Below, piece by piece: positions 1 to 12,648 of a stretch of 64,000 nt of DNA. The notes under the pieces are model-generated. The model did no database searches. It saw only the letters and a program-made list of their open reading frames with translations, and was not told the DNA's origin. Position numbers and translations under genes: made by a program. This DNA is from Carcharhinus amblyrhynchos (lineage: Eukaryota): NCBI GenBank assembly GCA_965287045.1, contig OZ336873.1, forward strand, positions 37,200,001-37,264,000, given 5' to 3'. Position 1 is the first letter of the stretch; every line of letters begins with the position of its first letter.

Positions 1-476
1 AGCGGAGGCGAGTAAGATGTATCTCTGGTATGGGGGGGGGGGGGCAGATGGATCTGTGGTGGGGAGGAGGGGGAGAAAGGTGGGTCCGCTGCCATTCTGC
101 GGGCAATCGTTGGGGAGGGGGAAGGTGGCAGGGAATCACAATTGGTCTGGGTAGCGGGAGGGTTGATAAGGGGGACAGTAATGTCTGTTGGGAGCCATCA
201 CTCCCACTTTTCGCTCCCGGGATGCTTTCTCTACTTTTTGCAGTACAGGGGCGATCTGACACGGGCGCGCTTTTTCAAATTTTTTTCTAATTGTGTACAC
301 GCAATTCAGAGCTCTGTTCATTTCGGGCGCGCTAAGCCCCGCCCATAGTGTGAATGGGACCCGCGATTTTCTTTTCAGGCTAAGTGCGCATGGGGGCGGC
401 TGAAAGCAGATTTCTAAATTGGATCTGAATTACGCCCACGTTCAGCATTTAGAATGAAAATGGTAAAATCAGGCCC
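1..476. mobile_element. End of a GC-rich non-autonomous DNA-transposon-like element
   Basis: CpG-rich block ending in GGTAAAATCAGGCCC, the same terminal motif type as the other GGGC...ATTTT-ended elements in the window. Confidence 0.55.
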
Positions 477-489
477 AGAGTTTCAACAT

Positions 490-700
490 CAGAGTTTCAC
501 AGTTACGAGTTTTGATAGGTGTCTGGATATTTGGAAATGTCTCTTTCTTCACTCTCACCTGTGCAGGCTTTTTTTTCGACTTTACCTTGGAATGTGGCCT
601 TGCACTCTCAAGCTGTTTGCTCTGTTTCAGTTCAAATACCAAGATTTCCAGTTAGTTGAAAGTTGAAAAATCATATTTTCAAAAAATAATGGGACACAGC
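490..700 (+). repeat. Unclassified dispersed repeat, copy 1
   Basis: Aligns by eye with 38790-38985 (e.g. cagttcaaata...agttgaaagttgaaaaatca..ttttcaaaaa.taatgg). Confidence 0.7.
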
Positions 701-749
701 CTCTTAACACCCTCATATGGGAATTTGCTTCACTGCTAATGGTTTTGTC

Positions 750-2100
750 TATTCTTATACGTCACAAAGCAACACCCTTTTCATTCTGCACCATTGGTAG
801 TTTTCCAGTATCCTGCCTTAAAAGGTGACACAGTTTGTTCAGTCCGGGTAACACATTGTTACTTGTTGACAATTCCTGTGATTTTTGCATTCCATCAGAT
901 GTAAACTGTAAATCGAGCTGAAGTCGTCAGTCACCACTCCTCTTTTCATGTGACTTCAGTTTATCTCTTTGCTCTTGCTTACAGCCAGACACTATGGGCA
1001 GAATTTTCCCAAAAAATAATTGTCATTTTTGGATGAGAAAACCATTGTGATTTGTGATTGCAATTTTCTCACACTTAGGGCGGGAACCAGATTACATCCA
1101 CATCTGGGAATAGTGGCTGGGAGGATTCCACCGCACAGACACTGAACGCATTAAACCATGCACCTAAATTTCTCCGGCCCCGCTCCACTCTAATGAGATG
1201 CGTCAGGCACGACACAGCCAGAAAATCATGGCCTATTTTGGCAACAGGGTGCTGACATTTAAACAGTCTTTGAACCACCTTGTTCAGGTTCTTAATTCCT
1301 GACCTCCATTCTCTCTCACGGCAATAGGTTTTTTAATATCCAAGTCTGTAACAAATGTCTCAATTGTCCTCGTCCTGTTTAAATGAAAGATCACTGTGCT
1401 CCTTCCTGCTTTAAGAACCTTATTACAGTTACATTGATGATGATTCAAAAATCCTGATACTCGTCTTGCCAGTTCCCAACTCAACTAAAACTTTGACATA
1501 ACTAAAACACAATTCCTTCTCACAAGAAGAACAGCTTCATCATTCTGAAGTTTTAATTTATGTTCCGGAACCCAAATTCTTCCTTGTAGCTCCACAATAT
1601 CTGCATTAGTTACAGCCAAATAACTTTGTTTTAAAGCACTGTCTTTCTTTGTTCCTCTGTCAATCTTGAGTGCTACTGCTACATTCTGCTTTGACACCTG
1701 TGGCTTAGGTTTGTCACATCCTGCTTTCGCAGCTTCTGTATTTTTAATTCAAACAATGTAAATTTGTCTTCAACTGCCAGGTCATCTCATCAGTTCAAAG
1801 AGCCAATCTTGCTTGACACCTCCTGAGTCAAACCATTTTTTTTACATCAGATTCGGAGACTGGCATATGTTTTCCAAGTCCTTTGATCTTTCCGATACAT
1901 CCTTAACTATAACAACTTCAATGAACTTTGTTGAAATGTCTGGAGGCAGTGCGTTGTCTCCAACAATAATACTAAAGTGGTGTTACGTTTGTGTTGGAAG
2001 TAATGCAATTGCCTGTAAATTCATAAGGCGCATCTTTGTGTTATTGACTATTTAAAATGAAATTTTGACTGAACCGCCATCTGTCCTTTGAAGTATGCCT
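750..2100 (-). mobile_element. Highly decayed Gypsy pol 3' part (pre-integrase region and integrase core), interrupted by a DNA element at ~996-1280
   Basis: TKKDSALKQ...NDEAVLLVRRNCVLV...ELA resembles the D-P-x-L...LLRG-R-VVP...LAH region. VVTD...QFTSD at ~935-890 resembles integrase TDNGxQFTS. Confidence 0.4.
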
Positions 2101-2784
2101 AATTTCATGTTGACTTTTGGGTTTACCTATCATAGTAAAAGTTTTAAAAAGTGAAATCTTGTCCACCAATTCTTTTATCAGAGGTGAATTTGGGATTCAT
2201 TTTTTTCCATGTATTGTTCAAAAAGGGTTCAGAACAAGTATGTGTGTTTGTCTCTAAAATATAGAGAGGAGTGCTCATCAACAGGATGTCAGTATGTTAT
2301 TTGAAGGAACAGATTATTTTCCTCCACCTTTTCCCTTGAAGCATAAGCCATTAATTCCCCCCAATTCCTCACTCAATATGCCTGCCCTCTAATCAGTGCC
2401 ATTGGTATTCCTTCTCCTCCTCATTGTTACAGGAAGGAATTTGGGGAATTATTGAACTGCAAGCACAGTGGTTGGCTATCTTGCTTTTTTCCCTGCGTTC
2501 AATTTAAGTTGATTTTACATATTCCACCTTTTAATAGCAGAAAAATAGCATTATCTTAATATCTTGTGTATGATTAAAAATAATTGATCTGTAATGTTGT
2601 ATAATGTTTCGTACTGAAGGGAAATAAAATTAAGGTCCATTGACTTATTTTCTCAAGAGAATACTTTTCAGAAGCAGAATGTTCAAAAAAACTAATATAT
2701 AAAAGTTGGACATAAAATTTATACAAGAATACATTCACATAAAATTTGAATGAAGGCCTTGCTCCTCATCTCAACCTTTTTAAA

Positions 2785-3950
2785 AAATTAATTTAGGAGA
2801 TGTGGGCATTACTGGCTAGGCCAGCATTAATTGTCTATGCCTAGTTGCCCTTGAGAAGATGCTAGTGAGCTGCCTTCTTAAACTGCTGCAATCCATACAG
2901 TGTAGTTATACCCACAATGCTGTTAAGGAAGAAGTTCCAGGATTTAGATCTAGTGACAGTGAAGGAACAGCATTTTATTTTCAAGTCAAGATGGTGAGTG
3001 GCTTGGAGGAGAGCCTCCAAGTGGAGGTGTTCTCTTGTCCTTCTAATGTTTGTGGGTTTGGAAGTTGCTGCCAAAGGAACATTGATGAGTTCCTGCAGTG
3101 CATCTTGCGGATGGTAATCACAGCTGCCACTGTATGTCAGAGGTGGATTGAATGGTTGTGGAAGGGTTAGCAATCAAGTGGGCTGCTTTGTCCTGGATAG
3201 TGTTGAGCTTCTTGAGTGTTGTTGGAGCTGCATTCATCCAGGTTAGTGGAGACTCTTCCATCACATTCTGACTTGTGTCTAATAGATAGTGGACAGACTG
3301 TGGGGAGTCAGATGGTGAGGTACTTGCCACAGGATTCCTAGCCTGTGACCCGCTCTGTAGCCACAGTTTTATGTGGCTAGTCCAGTTCAGCTTCTGGTCA
3401 ATAGTAACCTTCAGAATGTTGATAATGCTGAATTCAGTGATAATAATCAAGAGGTGATGGTTAGATCCTTTCTTATTGGAGATGATCATTGCCTGGCACT
3501 TGTGTAGCATAAATGTTACTTATCAGCCCAGGACTGGATATTGTCGAGGTCTTGCTGCTTTTGGACACAGACTACTTCAGTATCTGAGAAATCATGAATG
3601 GTGTTGAAATTGTGCAGTCATCAGCAAACATTCCCACATCTGATGTTATGATGGAAGAAGGTCATTGATGAAGATATGTGCCTAGCACACTAATCTGAGG
3701 AACTCCTGAAGTGAAGTCCTGGAGCTGAGATGATAGACTCCCAACCACTACACCTATTTTCCTCTGTCCCAGGTATGATGCCAACCAATGGAGGATTTGT
3801 CTCTGATTCCCATTGATTCCAGTTTTGTTCAGGCTCTTTGATGTGACACTTGTCAAATGCTGCCTTGATGTTGAGAACATTCACTCTGACCTCACCTCTG
3901 GAGTTGAGATCTTTTGTCCATGTTTGAACCGAGACTGTATTGAGGTCAGC
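2785..3950 (-). mobile_element. CR1-clade LINE, 3' fragment
   Basis: Minus-strand ORF remnants (INILKVTIDQKLNWTSHI, WMNAAPTTLKKLNTIQDKAAHLI). The 3' end gcccacatc+A-run is shared with other copies. Confidence 0.85.
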
Positions 3951-3989
3951 ATTGGAAACTATACTCCATGCTATGTTCCTGGAAGATCA

Positions 3990-5620
3990 AGGTGTAATTT
4001 TTGGTAACTGAGAGCCAAACAAAGTCAAGAAAATGTTTGGTTGATCAGAACGATTGGAGACAGCCAGGTTGGAGCCCTGTTTGCAGTGGCGGTTTTGCTG
4101 GTGACTGGACTCACACTTCGGCAGTGTTGCAGACATTGAGATGGTGACTGCCTTTGTGAGTAAAGCTGTGGATGATAGCCTTGGCCCTCTGGCATAGATC
4201 AGTGGTGCTCACACTGATGAACTGCAAAATGTCCAAGAGAAAATGGATGAAGCGGAGAAGAGAATCCTATCAGTGAAGGGGGCGATTTCCTCAAGGGGGG
4301 GCTTATCTTCATTCCTTGGAAATCCTATTGCATGGTGTGTCAGGCATCCTGCTTAAATCGGGCAGATGAGGCCAGAGAAGGCGTGTCTGTGCGCCCGTCC
4401 CCCTAGAGGAGCTTAGGATGAATTCCCGGCTGAATTTGTCAACTGGCTGCCATGCTTTCATAATTGCAAAATGAAGGCTAGACATTTCTAGTTCGATGGG
4501 GCATATTGCATCCATTCTTCAAGGCCTGGGGTTGGTCAAAGATCCCAATTGTTGGTCTTACATTGTTGTTACCTCAGTGTTTGTCAAGAAAGACAGAAAG
4601 TGGGCAGACATGATGTGACGAGACCTTGTCACCTGCAGGGGCCTAGGTCTCTTTCTGCCAGAACCTCTGGGTGATGACACAGAAGTGGTGGAGAGGTTTC
4701 ACTGAAACTCTGGATGGATCCTGGATCATGCTCGACAATCCTGTCATGGCTTTGGCTTGTTCAAGCTCCGTGAATGGCTGTATTATCCTGCAGTTCATCA
4801 TCATTCTTGAACTTTTATCCCTTATGATTGTACTCCAGGTGTTATGATGTTGTCTTTTATCCTGACAAGGATGTATATAATATGAGCACTAAGACATATA
4901 TTGCCTGTTATTCTATTATCCTTTGAAAATCAGGGACATTCATTTATTTATGATGGAATTTATCATCCAGTATACTCTGGAGGTGGAACAAGGAAGACTT
5001 TAGTTTAGAGTTCGATACCGTTTGCATTCAATTTTGGTCTGGATATGCGGTACTGGGGTGAATAACGGGGTCTGCCTACCTTACTTTTGGCCCTGTGTCA
5101 AATTCTAATCTTTAGGATTCAATGTTTGCAGTGCAGCGATATTCTCTTGTTTGTGGACTGATAACGGGTCTCTTTCATTTTATCAGGGAGCGCGTTGGGT
5201 TGGTTGTATGATTAGGGTTGTGGAATATTTAGTCATATTTCTTTTTTTGTGCTATAATGCGTGCATTTACAGTAAAGGAGCATATCTTCAGGTACTTTTT
5301 ACTTTATGGATAAAATGAGTGGTGCCACAGCAGGGTGGTGGACAGGTGATATGATTTAGAGGTGATGAGTATGGTTTTATAAATCTTCATAGCGAGTGAA
5401 GAAACTCCCGTTAAAACTTATGGTATTGCATATTTCTTTTGTACTTTTGTTATTTTGGAGTTAAAGAATCTTTGATGGAATCCTGTTAAGGTACAGATCA
5501 TGTATCCTGGAAAAGTCTGGGTTTTATTGTCATCAGTGTCACCGGGGTAGTTTGAGCTAGGGGAAATATACCAGTGAACGCCCGAGCGTGTTCAAGAAAT
5601 CTTGGTTATTCTATTACCTA
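3990..5620 (+). mobile_element. Decayed L1/Tx1-like LINE remnant
   Basis: ORF1-like coiled-coil remnant NVQEKMDEAEKRILSVKG at ~4228-4280, followed by T-rich degraded sequence. Confidence 0.4.
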
Positions 5621-7749
5621 CTTTCTTTTGATTTGATTTATGTTTGTCATATGTATTAGTACACAGCGAAAAATACTGTTTCTTGTGCATTTCACATCTA
5701 CGCTTTGCCTCTTAGTAACATCATCTGAAAACACAGCACTGAGATCCACTTGTACATTAACACCCCATTCTCCCGCCACCACCACCTTTCCACTCGCCCC
5801 TCCATTGTCTTTGATTTATTAGGCTACTTATCTGATATCCAGTCTTGGATGAGCTATTTCCTCCAATTAAATATTGGGAAAACCAAAGTCAGCACCTTCA
5901 GTCCCACTTAAAGCTCCATTCCCTAGTCACTGATTTCACCCTCTCCCAGTCTGGGGTTGACACAGACATTATCCAAATTATTGTGCCGAGATAAAATAAG
6001 GAGTTGAATCAATGGTCTCACTGATTAATGAGTTTATCCATGAGCTTCTCACACTTACGTTGGAGATGAGGCTGTGTCTGAGTAAGGGAGAGAAGTTTAA
6101 GGAGACAATGTATAAAAGAAACCATGGCTAGCTCTGCATCATAGGATGACTCTGCGGTAGACGGCAATTGTTATTGGCAGAGAAAAATGAAGCCCCTCAT
6201 CACTTAACCTGCTACTGGATCTCAATAAATGCAAGAATTGTTCAAAGCAACATAACATGTATTTACAAAGTTTGCATTTCACATAATTTATCAAGAGTTT
6301 TTATAGGAGATTGGATTTGGAATGCATAAATTCTTTTCCCTTTTAAACACAACAGAGGTGTAAAATGAACAGATGGCTCACAGAACATAGTGTCACAGAG
6401 CACAAATTGAACAGAGGTGTGAGCATATGATAACTGTAACAATTGAATTTATGAGGTGTGAAAATGTGTTCCTTAGTGCAGCTTAAGTACTGGAATGTTG
6501 ATCAAAGTGAAAGTGTCCAGTGCATTAAATAGGATTTTGCTAAACGGGGCTAAACAGCTTATGCCACAATCATGAATTTTTTATTTTGAAAAACTCATAC
6601 AAGAAAACAGCATGGGTATTAATGAAAATATTGAAGCAGTACTTTTGAATGGAATGTTCTGGCAAATGGCAATCATTGTCTCAACTACATCCCATGAATT
6701 TTAACATTCAGATATTAATGGAAATTGTTGACATTTAATCCTAACACTTTTTTTGAATTTATAAAATTGGATGTATCTGTTTCCATAGTTCCACTGAAAA
6801 TAAAAGAATCCAATTTATTGCCCCCTTGCACTTCTTTTGTCTCCATCTGGGCAAAGTAAATGCCAAGGTTTTAACTGGCAAATATTTCTGAACTGTTCAG
6901 TCCTGATTTTGTGCCATAATTTTTAAAACATTTTCCAACATCTTCGCATGCGATTTGGTATGTGTGCGGACGGATGGAACAGTACAAACATATCTGGGAC
7001 CTGATGGATATACTGATTGCCCAACAGGTAAACTAACCAATTAATGCATGAGTGACAAGGCCACTAATGTACTTTGATAAATGTTGGAATAATAGTATGG
7101 ATAACAGGCCCCCTGATTGAAATACTTGAAAAATTAAATTAAAATGAGATGATATGTGCATGAAATGAAAGGTGTAAGCACTTAGTGATACCTCTGGATA
7201 AATTATTTTCCACATCATCACTCCCTTACTCTGACCGAGATAACAAATTAGTGCGATGATGCAGTTTTGTGCTGCAGAATTGTGTGGATCAAAATTTTGA
7301 CTGAGATTGCCTATGTTAACACAAAGAGAGACAGCAGAAAGAAGGGATTTTTGCCCCATCAGTTTTGACTGAATTTAAACCCATTCACATTGGTGAAGAA
7401 AGAAAGCTTGTATTAACCCACCAATCTATTTTGAATCACTTCTCGAGTCTTTAACTTGATAGGTATTTTATATTGTGTGTGGTGCAATTGCTATTTGGAT
7501 TTATTTTCATGCATCAACATTTTTCTTTGTCCACAAGAACTAATGAATAAATATAGTTCTTATAGATGTAGGAGTGAAATATGTATCCGGATATTGGCAA
7601 AGCTTAATTTTTTGGTCTTTAAACTTCAACTGTAGCATACAATGGAAATATATAGCAAGAATCTCCAAATGCATTCCTGTTTTCACATGGCCAAGATTTT
7701 ATCATCAGTCTCATAATTTTGACTGCTACCAGTAGGTTCACTGCATTTC

Positions 7750-8590
7750 TTAAATTCGTCATTCATAGGATATGGACACAGCTGACAATGCCAGCACTTA
7801 GTGCTCATTCTGAATTCTCCATAAGAAGGTCCTGTGAACTGAATTGCTGCAGCCCATGTGGTGAATGTACCTCAACAATGATATATTTAGGTATGATTTT
7901 GACTGAGCACCAGTGAAAGAATAGTGATATATTTCCAAATCAGCCCAGTGTGAATTGGAAGGGAAGTTGGAGGCGATGGCATCCCATATGTTTTCTGTCC
8001 TTATCCATCTCGGTGGTAGAAGTTGCAGGTTTGGGAGGTGCTGTTGGCAAAATAATGGTGTGTTTCTATAGTGCATCTTGTAGTTTGTACACACTGCAGT
8101 CATACAGTGTATGTGGTAGTGGAGGAAGTGAACATTTAGTATAATATAGTGTACAGGATGTCACTCAGATGGATTGCTTTGCCCAGCGTGGTGTCAAGCT
8201 TCTTGATGCTGTTGAAGCTGCACTCATCCAGGCAAGTGGAGACTATTCCATCAGATTCCTGAGTTGCACCCTATGGATGGTAGAAAAGCTTTGGAGAATC
8301 AAAAAGTGAGTCATCAACCACAAAATATCTAACCACTGACCTATTCTTGTAGCTATTGAGACTTATGCAATTGATCCACTTATGTTCCAGTCAATGGTGG
8401 ACCTGAAAATGTTGGTACTGGAGGATTCAATGAGGTAATGTTTAAAGTCAAGGTGGTTAGATTCTTTCTTGTTGGGGACTGTCACTGCCTGGCAGTTTTG
8501 TGGTACAATGTTACTTGTCACTTATTAGAACAAGCCTCATTGTCGAGGTCTTGCTTATGCAGCCACGGGTGGCATCCATATCCTTGGTAT
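7750..8590 (-). mobile_element. CR1-clade LINE, 3' fragment (older copy)
   Basis: Colinear similarity to 2790-3600 (e.g. gctgcactcatccaggcaagtggagactattccatca). Confidence 0.8.
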
Positions 8591-8699
8591 TGCCAAATTT
8601 TATCAGATTTGTTACTGAACTCAGAGGGAAGAGAGCAAAATGAATACCATGGAGCTTGAAATCACTGAGGATGAGAAGCTGTTTGGTGCAGAGGGTGAG

Positions 8700-9720
8700 G
8701 AAGGAAATCAGCAAAGAAACCTTGATGAAGTTTTTATTGTACTAAATGCACAGTAGAGAATGAAGATTTCGAGAGATATGGAACAAGATGAGATTCTCAA
8801 AGGAAGAGTAAGTACCAGAAGAGTCAATGTCAGGGCCAAGTTGTGATGCATCATACCCTCATGAAATTGCTTCAAGAGTTTGTCTGGGCAATACACGAGG
8901 TCCAACTGTCTTCATCTGTCTCATTCATATTTTTTCCTTCAGCATATGGCAGAAGAGAAAATGTTCACCATTAACTGCACGGTTTTCAGTTCCATTTCCA
9001 ACTCTTTCACATTAGACAGGATCAGAATAACATTAATAACTTTGACATTGTCCTGTGTTGGATTCACTCCAATTGCTGTCACTAGAATAACAATCCTGGA
9101 TGCAGCAAATGGGCATGAATCCTTTTCAGCTTCAAATTCTGTTGCATGCGTCAAGAGAGCACCACAGATAACCAGTGATCATGTTCTACATTGTCCCTTC
9201 TATAGACAACAATATTGTCAAGTAGCTTAAGCATCGCATCAACACCTGACAAAACTGAAGAAACAATTTCCTGGAATTTGCCAAGTGTAGAGTTAGTTCA
9301 TGGGGCATTCTGCAGTATTAAAACACACCTTCATGAGGAACAAAAGCAATACAATATCCGCTTTGCTCCACTAATGGTATCTGAAGATAGCTCCATTCCA
9401 TGTTGAACATGATAAAGACTGTGGAGTCATGAAATTATACTGATAGTTCTTGGAATGTAGGAGGTGGATACTTGTCTGGAATGAATACTTTGTTAATTGC
9501 TTTATGGTTAATACATATTCTAAATTTACCATTTTTATGTTGTGCAATGATTAGGCTCAATATCAAAGGTGATGAGTCAATTTGTTCAATTATATCATCT
9601 GCTTCAACCAACTTCAGCTCCTCTGGCTCTTCATCATTAATTGCAAACAAAAACCATCTCAATTTTTTTGAAACTGGCAGAATTTGACATGCTGACATGA
9701 GAATCAAAGCAGTTCTCTGA
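8700..9720 (-). mobile_element. Decayed Ty3/Gypsy pol (reverse transcriptase, thumb and connection regions)
   Basis: DIIEQIDSSPLILSLIIAQHKNGKFRICINHKAINKVFIPDKYPPP...STVF...YLQIPL...GVF*YCRMP matches the Gypsy RT N-terminal motifs. Stops and frameshifts are present. Confidence 0.85.
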
Positions 9721-9879
9721 ATTTTCCCACATCCGGTAAATAAGAAAGAGTATCTTTACATATAGTCTGTATTATTGATCATGTGCTCCTGTGCGGTCTT
9801 CAAGTTTAAAGCCAAGTTTATTTAACGAGGTTTACCTCCTGCCGGCATTTGCTAAAATTTTTATTCACTTTTACATGTA

Positions 9880-10715
9880 CTTTGATGACTCCCAACTCTA
9901 TTTCCTTCACTGTTTCTCAATTGTCAGACTGCTTATCTGACATCCAGCACTGAATGAGCAGAAATTTCCACCAATTAAGTATTGGGAAGACTGAAGCTTT
10001 TGTTTTTGGTCCCCACTCGAAAGTCCATCCCTTTCCTTGGTAACTGAGACAAAACCAGACTGATGGCATCATATTTGATTTCCCACACATAATCCAGACT
10101 GTCACAATAAAGGCCACCTATTTCCACTTCTGCAACATTGCCCAATTTCCCTCTTGCCTCATCTTGTCTGCTGCTAAAACCCTCATTTATCCCTTTTCTA
10201 CATTGAGACTTGAATATTTCAATACAGTCATGGCTGGTCTCCCATATTCTACCCTCCATAAGCTAGAGATCATCCAAAACTCTGTGGTCCATGTCTTCTC
10301 TTTGTCTAAGGTCCCAATCACCAATCATCCTGTGCTTTCTGATCTATGATGATAATGCTGTGGTTTTAAAATTCTCATCTTCATTTTCAAATCCCTCCAA
10401 TGGTCTCCCCTCTTTGTAATCTTCTCCAGTCCCACAACTTTCCAAAATATTTGCACTCTAATTTTGGCTTCCTGAGCATCCTGGATTTTAATTGTACCAC
10501 CATTAGTGTCTATGCTTTCAAGCTGTCTCAGTTCCAAGTGATGGAATTGTTCCTTTAAAACTCTCTGACTCTCCACCTCTTGTTCTTCCTGTTTCACCAA
10601 ACTTTTAGCCATTGTTTCATGTGGTTTGGTGTCTAATTTTGGTTTGCAAAATTTTGTGAAATGGCTTGAGGCTCTCATTACATTAAAGATGCTATATAAA
10701 TATACATTGTTGCTA
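9880..10715 (+). mobile_element. L2 LINE, 3' fragment
   Basis: YADD-region remnant (gatgactcccaactctat), AAKTLIYPFSTLRLEYFNTVMAGLPYSTLHKLEIIQNSV, and an L2-type tail ctatataaat...ttgttg. Confidence 0.85.
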
Positions 10716-10799
10716 TTGTTGGGGTGATTTGACTTTCAAAAATGCACAACAATCCTCCCTTGTTCCAGCTATGAATCCAGCCAGTGAAATACTTTCACG

Positions 10800-11210
10800 C
10801 AAGAGGTCATGATTGTCGCCCAATCCATCACATAAACCAGCCTCGCACCCACTGACTCTGTCTACACTTCCTGCTGCCTTGGAAAAGCAGCCAGCATAAT
10901 TAAGGACCCCATACACTCCAGACATATTCTTTTCCATCTTATTCCGTGAGGAAAAAGATACAAAAGTCTGCAGTCACGTACCAACTAACTCAAGAACATC
11001 TTCTTCCCTGCTGCCATCAGACTTTTGAATGGACCTATCTCACACTGAGTTGATCTTTCACTACACCTTAGCACTAACTGTAATACTATATTCTACACTC
11101 TCTCATTTCCTCCTTTATGAATGGTATGCTTTGTCTGTATAGCATGTAAGAAACAATGCTTTTCACTGTATGCTAATACATGTGACAATTAAAATAAAAT
11201 AAAATCAATC
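10800..11210 (+). mobile_element. Rex1/Babar-type LINE 3' end
   Basis: C-terminal remnant RYKSLQSRTN*LKNIFFPAAIRLLNG, then a 3' UTR ending in catgtgacaat-aaataaaat repeats. Confidence 0.75.
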
Positions 11211-11224
11211 ACTGTATTTAATTT

Positions 11225-11810
11225 TACAAAGACTTCTAATTGTATTTGGTCAAATGCTGTTTTGATGTTAAGGGCAGTCACTCTCTTCTCACTGCTGATT
11301 TTCAGTTTTTCTTTGTCCAAAATTTGGATCAACATTGTAATTAAGTCAAGAGGCAAGCAGAATCCAAAATAAGCATCAGTGAGCAGATTACTGCTGAACA
11401 TGTGCTGCTTGATAGCGCTACCAATTACCTCTTCCATCACATCACTAATGATTTAGAATAGACCAGTTGAGGGAGTTGTTTGGCCAGATTAGATTTGCCA
11501 TTCTTTTTGTATACAACACATACATGGACAATATTTCTCTTCATCAGGTAGACACCTGCATTGTAGCTGCACTGGAGCCACTTGGCTAGGAGCATGGTTA
11601 GTTCTGGAGCAATAGAATTGAAATGTCAAGATCCACAACCTTTGTTGCATTCAATCCCCACTCAGCCATTTCTTGGTGCCATTTAGAGTGAATCAAACTA
11701 GCTGAACACAACTTCTATGATGGCGGAGGTCTCAAGGGCAGACCGAGCTGGATCATCAACTTGGTATTTCTGGTTGAAGATGGTTGCAAATGCTTTAACT
11801 TTGACTTTTG
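11225..11810 (-). mobile_element. CR1-clade LINE internal fragment
   Basis: MEEVIGSAIKQHMFSSNLLTDAYFGF...VTALNIKTAFDQ, an RT domain remnant. Confidence 0.75.
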
Positions 11811-12468
11811 CACTCAATACCACAACCACTGTGAGCTTGTACAGTCAGTGCATTGCATTAATCCCATATATGAAACCAAAATAGTTCTGCATAAATTGTA
11901 AGCCATGAGCAATAGCTCAGTTTCAACAGTATAATCCAACATACAAATGGTGGTTACCTGTCGCATTATTCTGGCTATAAAGCCTTCAAAGTATGGCCAA
12001 CCTACATTTTTTGCTGTCAGTTTGAATGCATCATTTGTTCCCATTTCCAAAGGGCATTTTTGCAAAAATAAAATACTGTTTGGCCAAATCCATGACAAGT
12101 AAACAATGCACAGACTCTGAAATAATCAAAAAATGTAGTGGCTCAGATATTACTATTGCAATCAGTAGATTGTTTCTCAGTCAGCAATCTGGCCAAGGAA
12201 GGTTTTATTTTTGCTAGAACGCCTTTTGAAAATGGGAATGGTGCAATTAAGTTGACACTACTTTTGAGTTCACTGTACTATGGCAGAATACTCAGCTAAT
12301 ATGCAAGTGAACTCTATTTCATTTCTGTCAAACTGTCTAAGGCGAATATAGCATGCACAGTTACTGTTTCACCAAATTTCCCACACAGCCTGAAGATTTT
12401 CCAGATGAATAATAGTTATATCTATGATGTTCTGATGTTGAATACACTAGATGACAAGATGAGTCATT

Positions 12469-12648
12469 GGTTGGGATTTTCTGCTTGCTTCCTGCCTCTT
12501 CTCCAGTGGACTTTCCTGTGGTGGATGCCAAAGTCTACAGGCTTTTGTTTGGCTCACCCACCCCACTGCCAGAGAACACACCATGGTGGGGGTTGATTTT
12601 GGTGGAAACAGAAGAACCTGCTAGCGGGAAGGGCTGGAAAATCCCACC
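12469..12648. mobile_element. Short MITE-like element
   Basis: Terminal inverted repeats ggttgggattttc ... gaaaatcccacc. Confidence 0.55.

Noticed and set aside
6900-7027. Plus-strand exon-like segment ending CAG|GTAAAC
   Set aside because: All frames from the nearest AG contain stops and no partner exons were found. It is better treated as non-coding.
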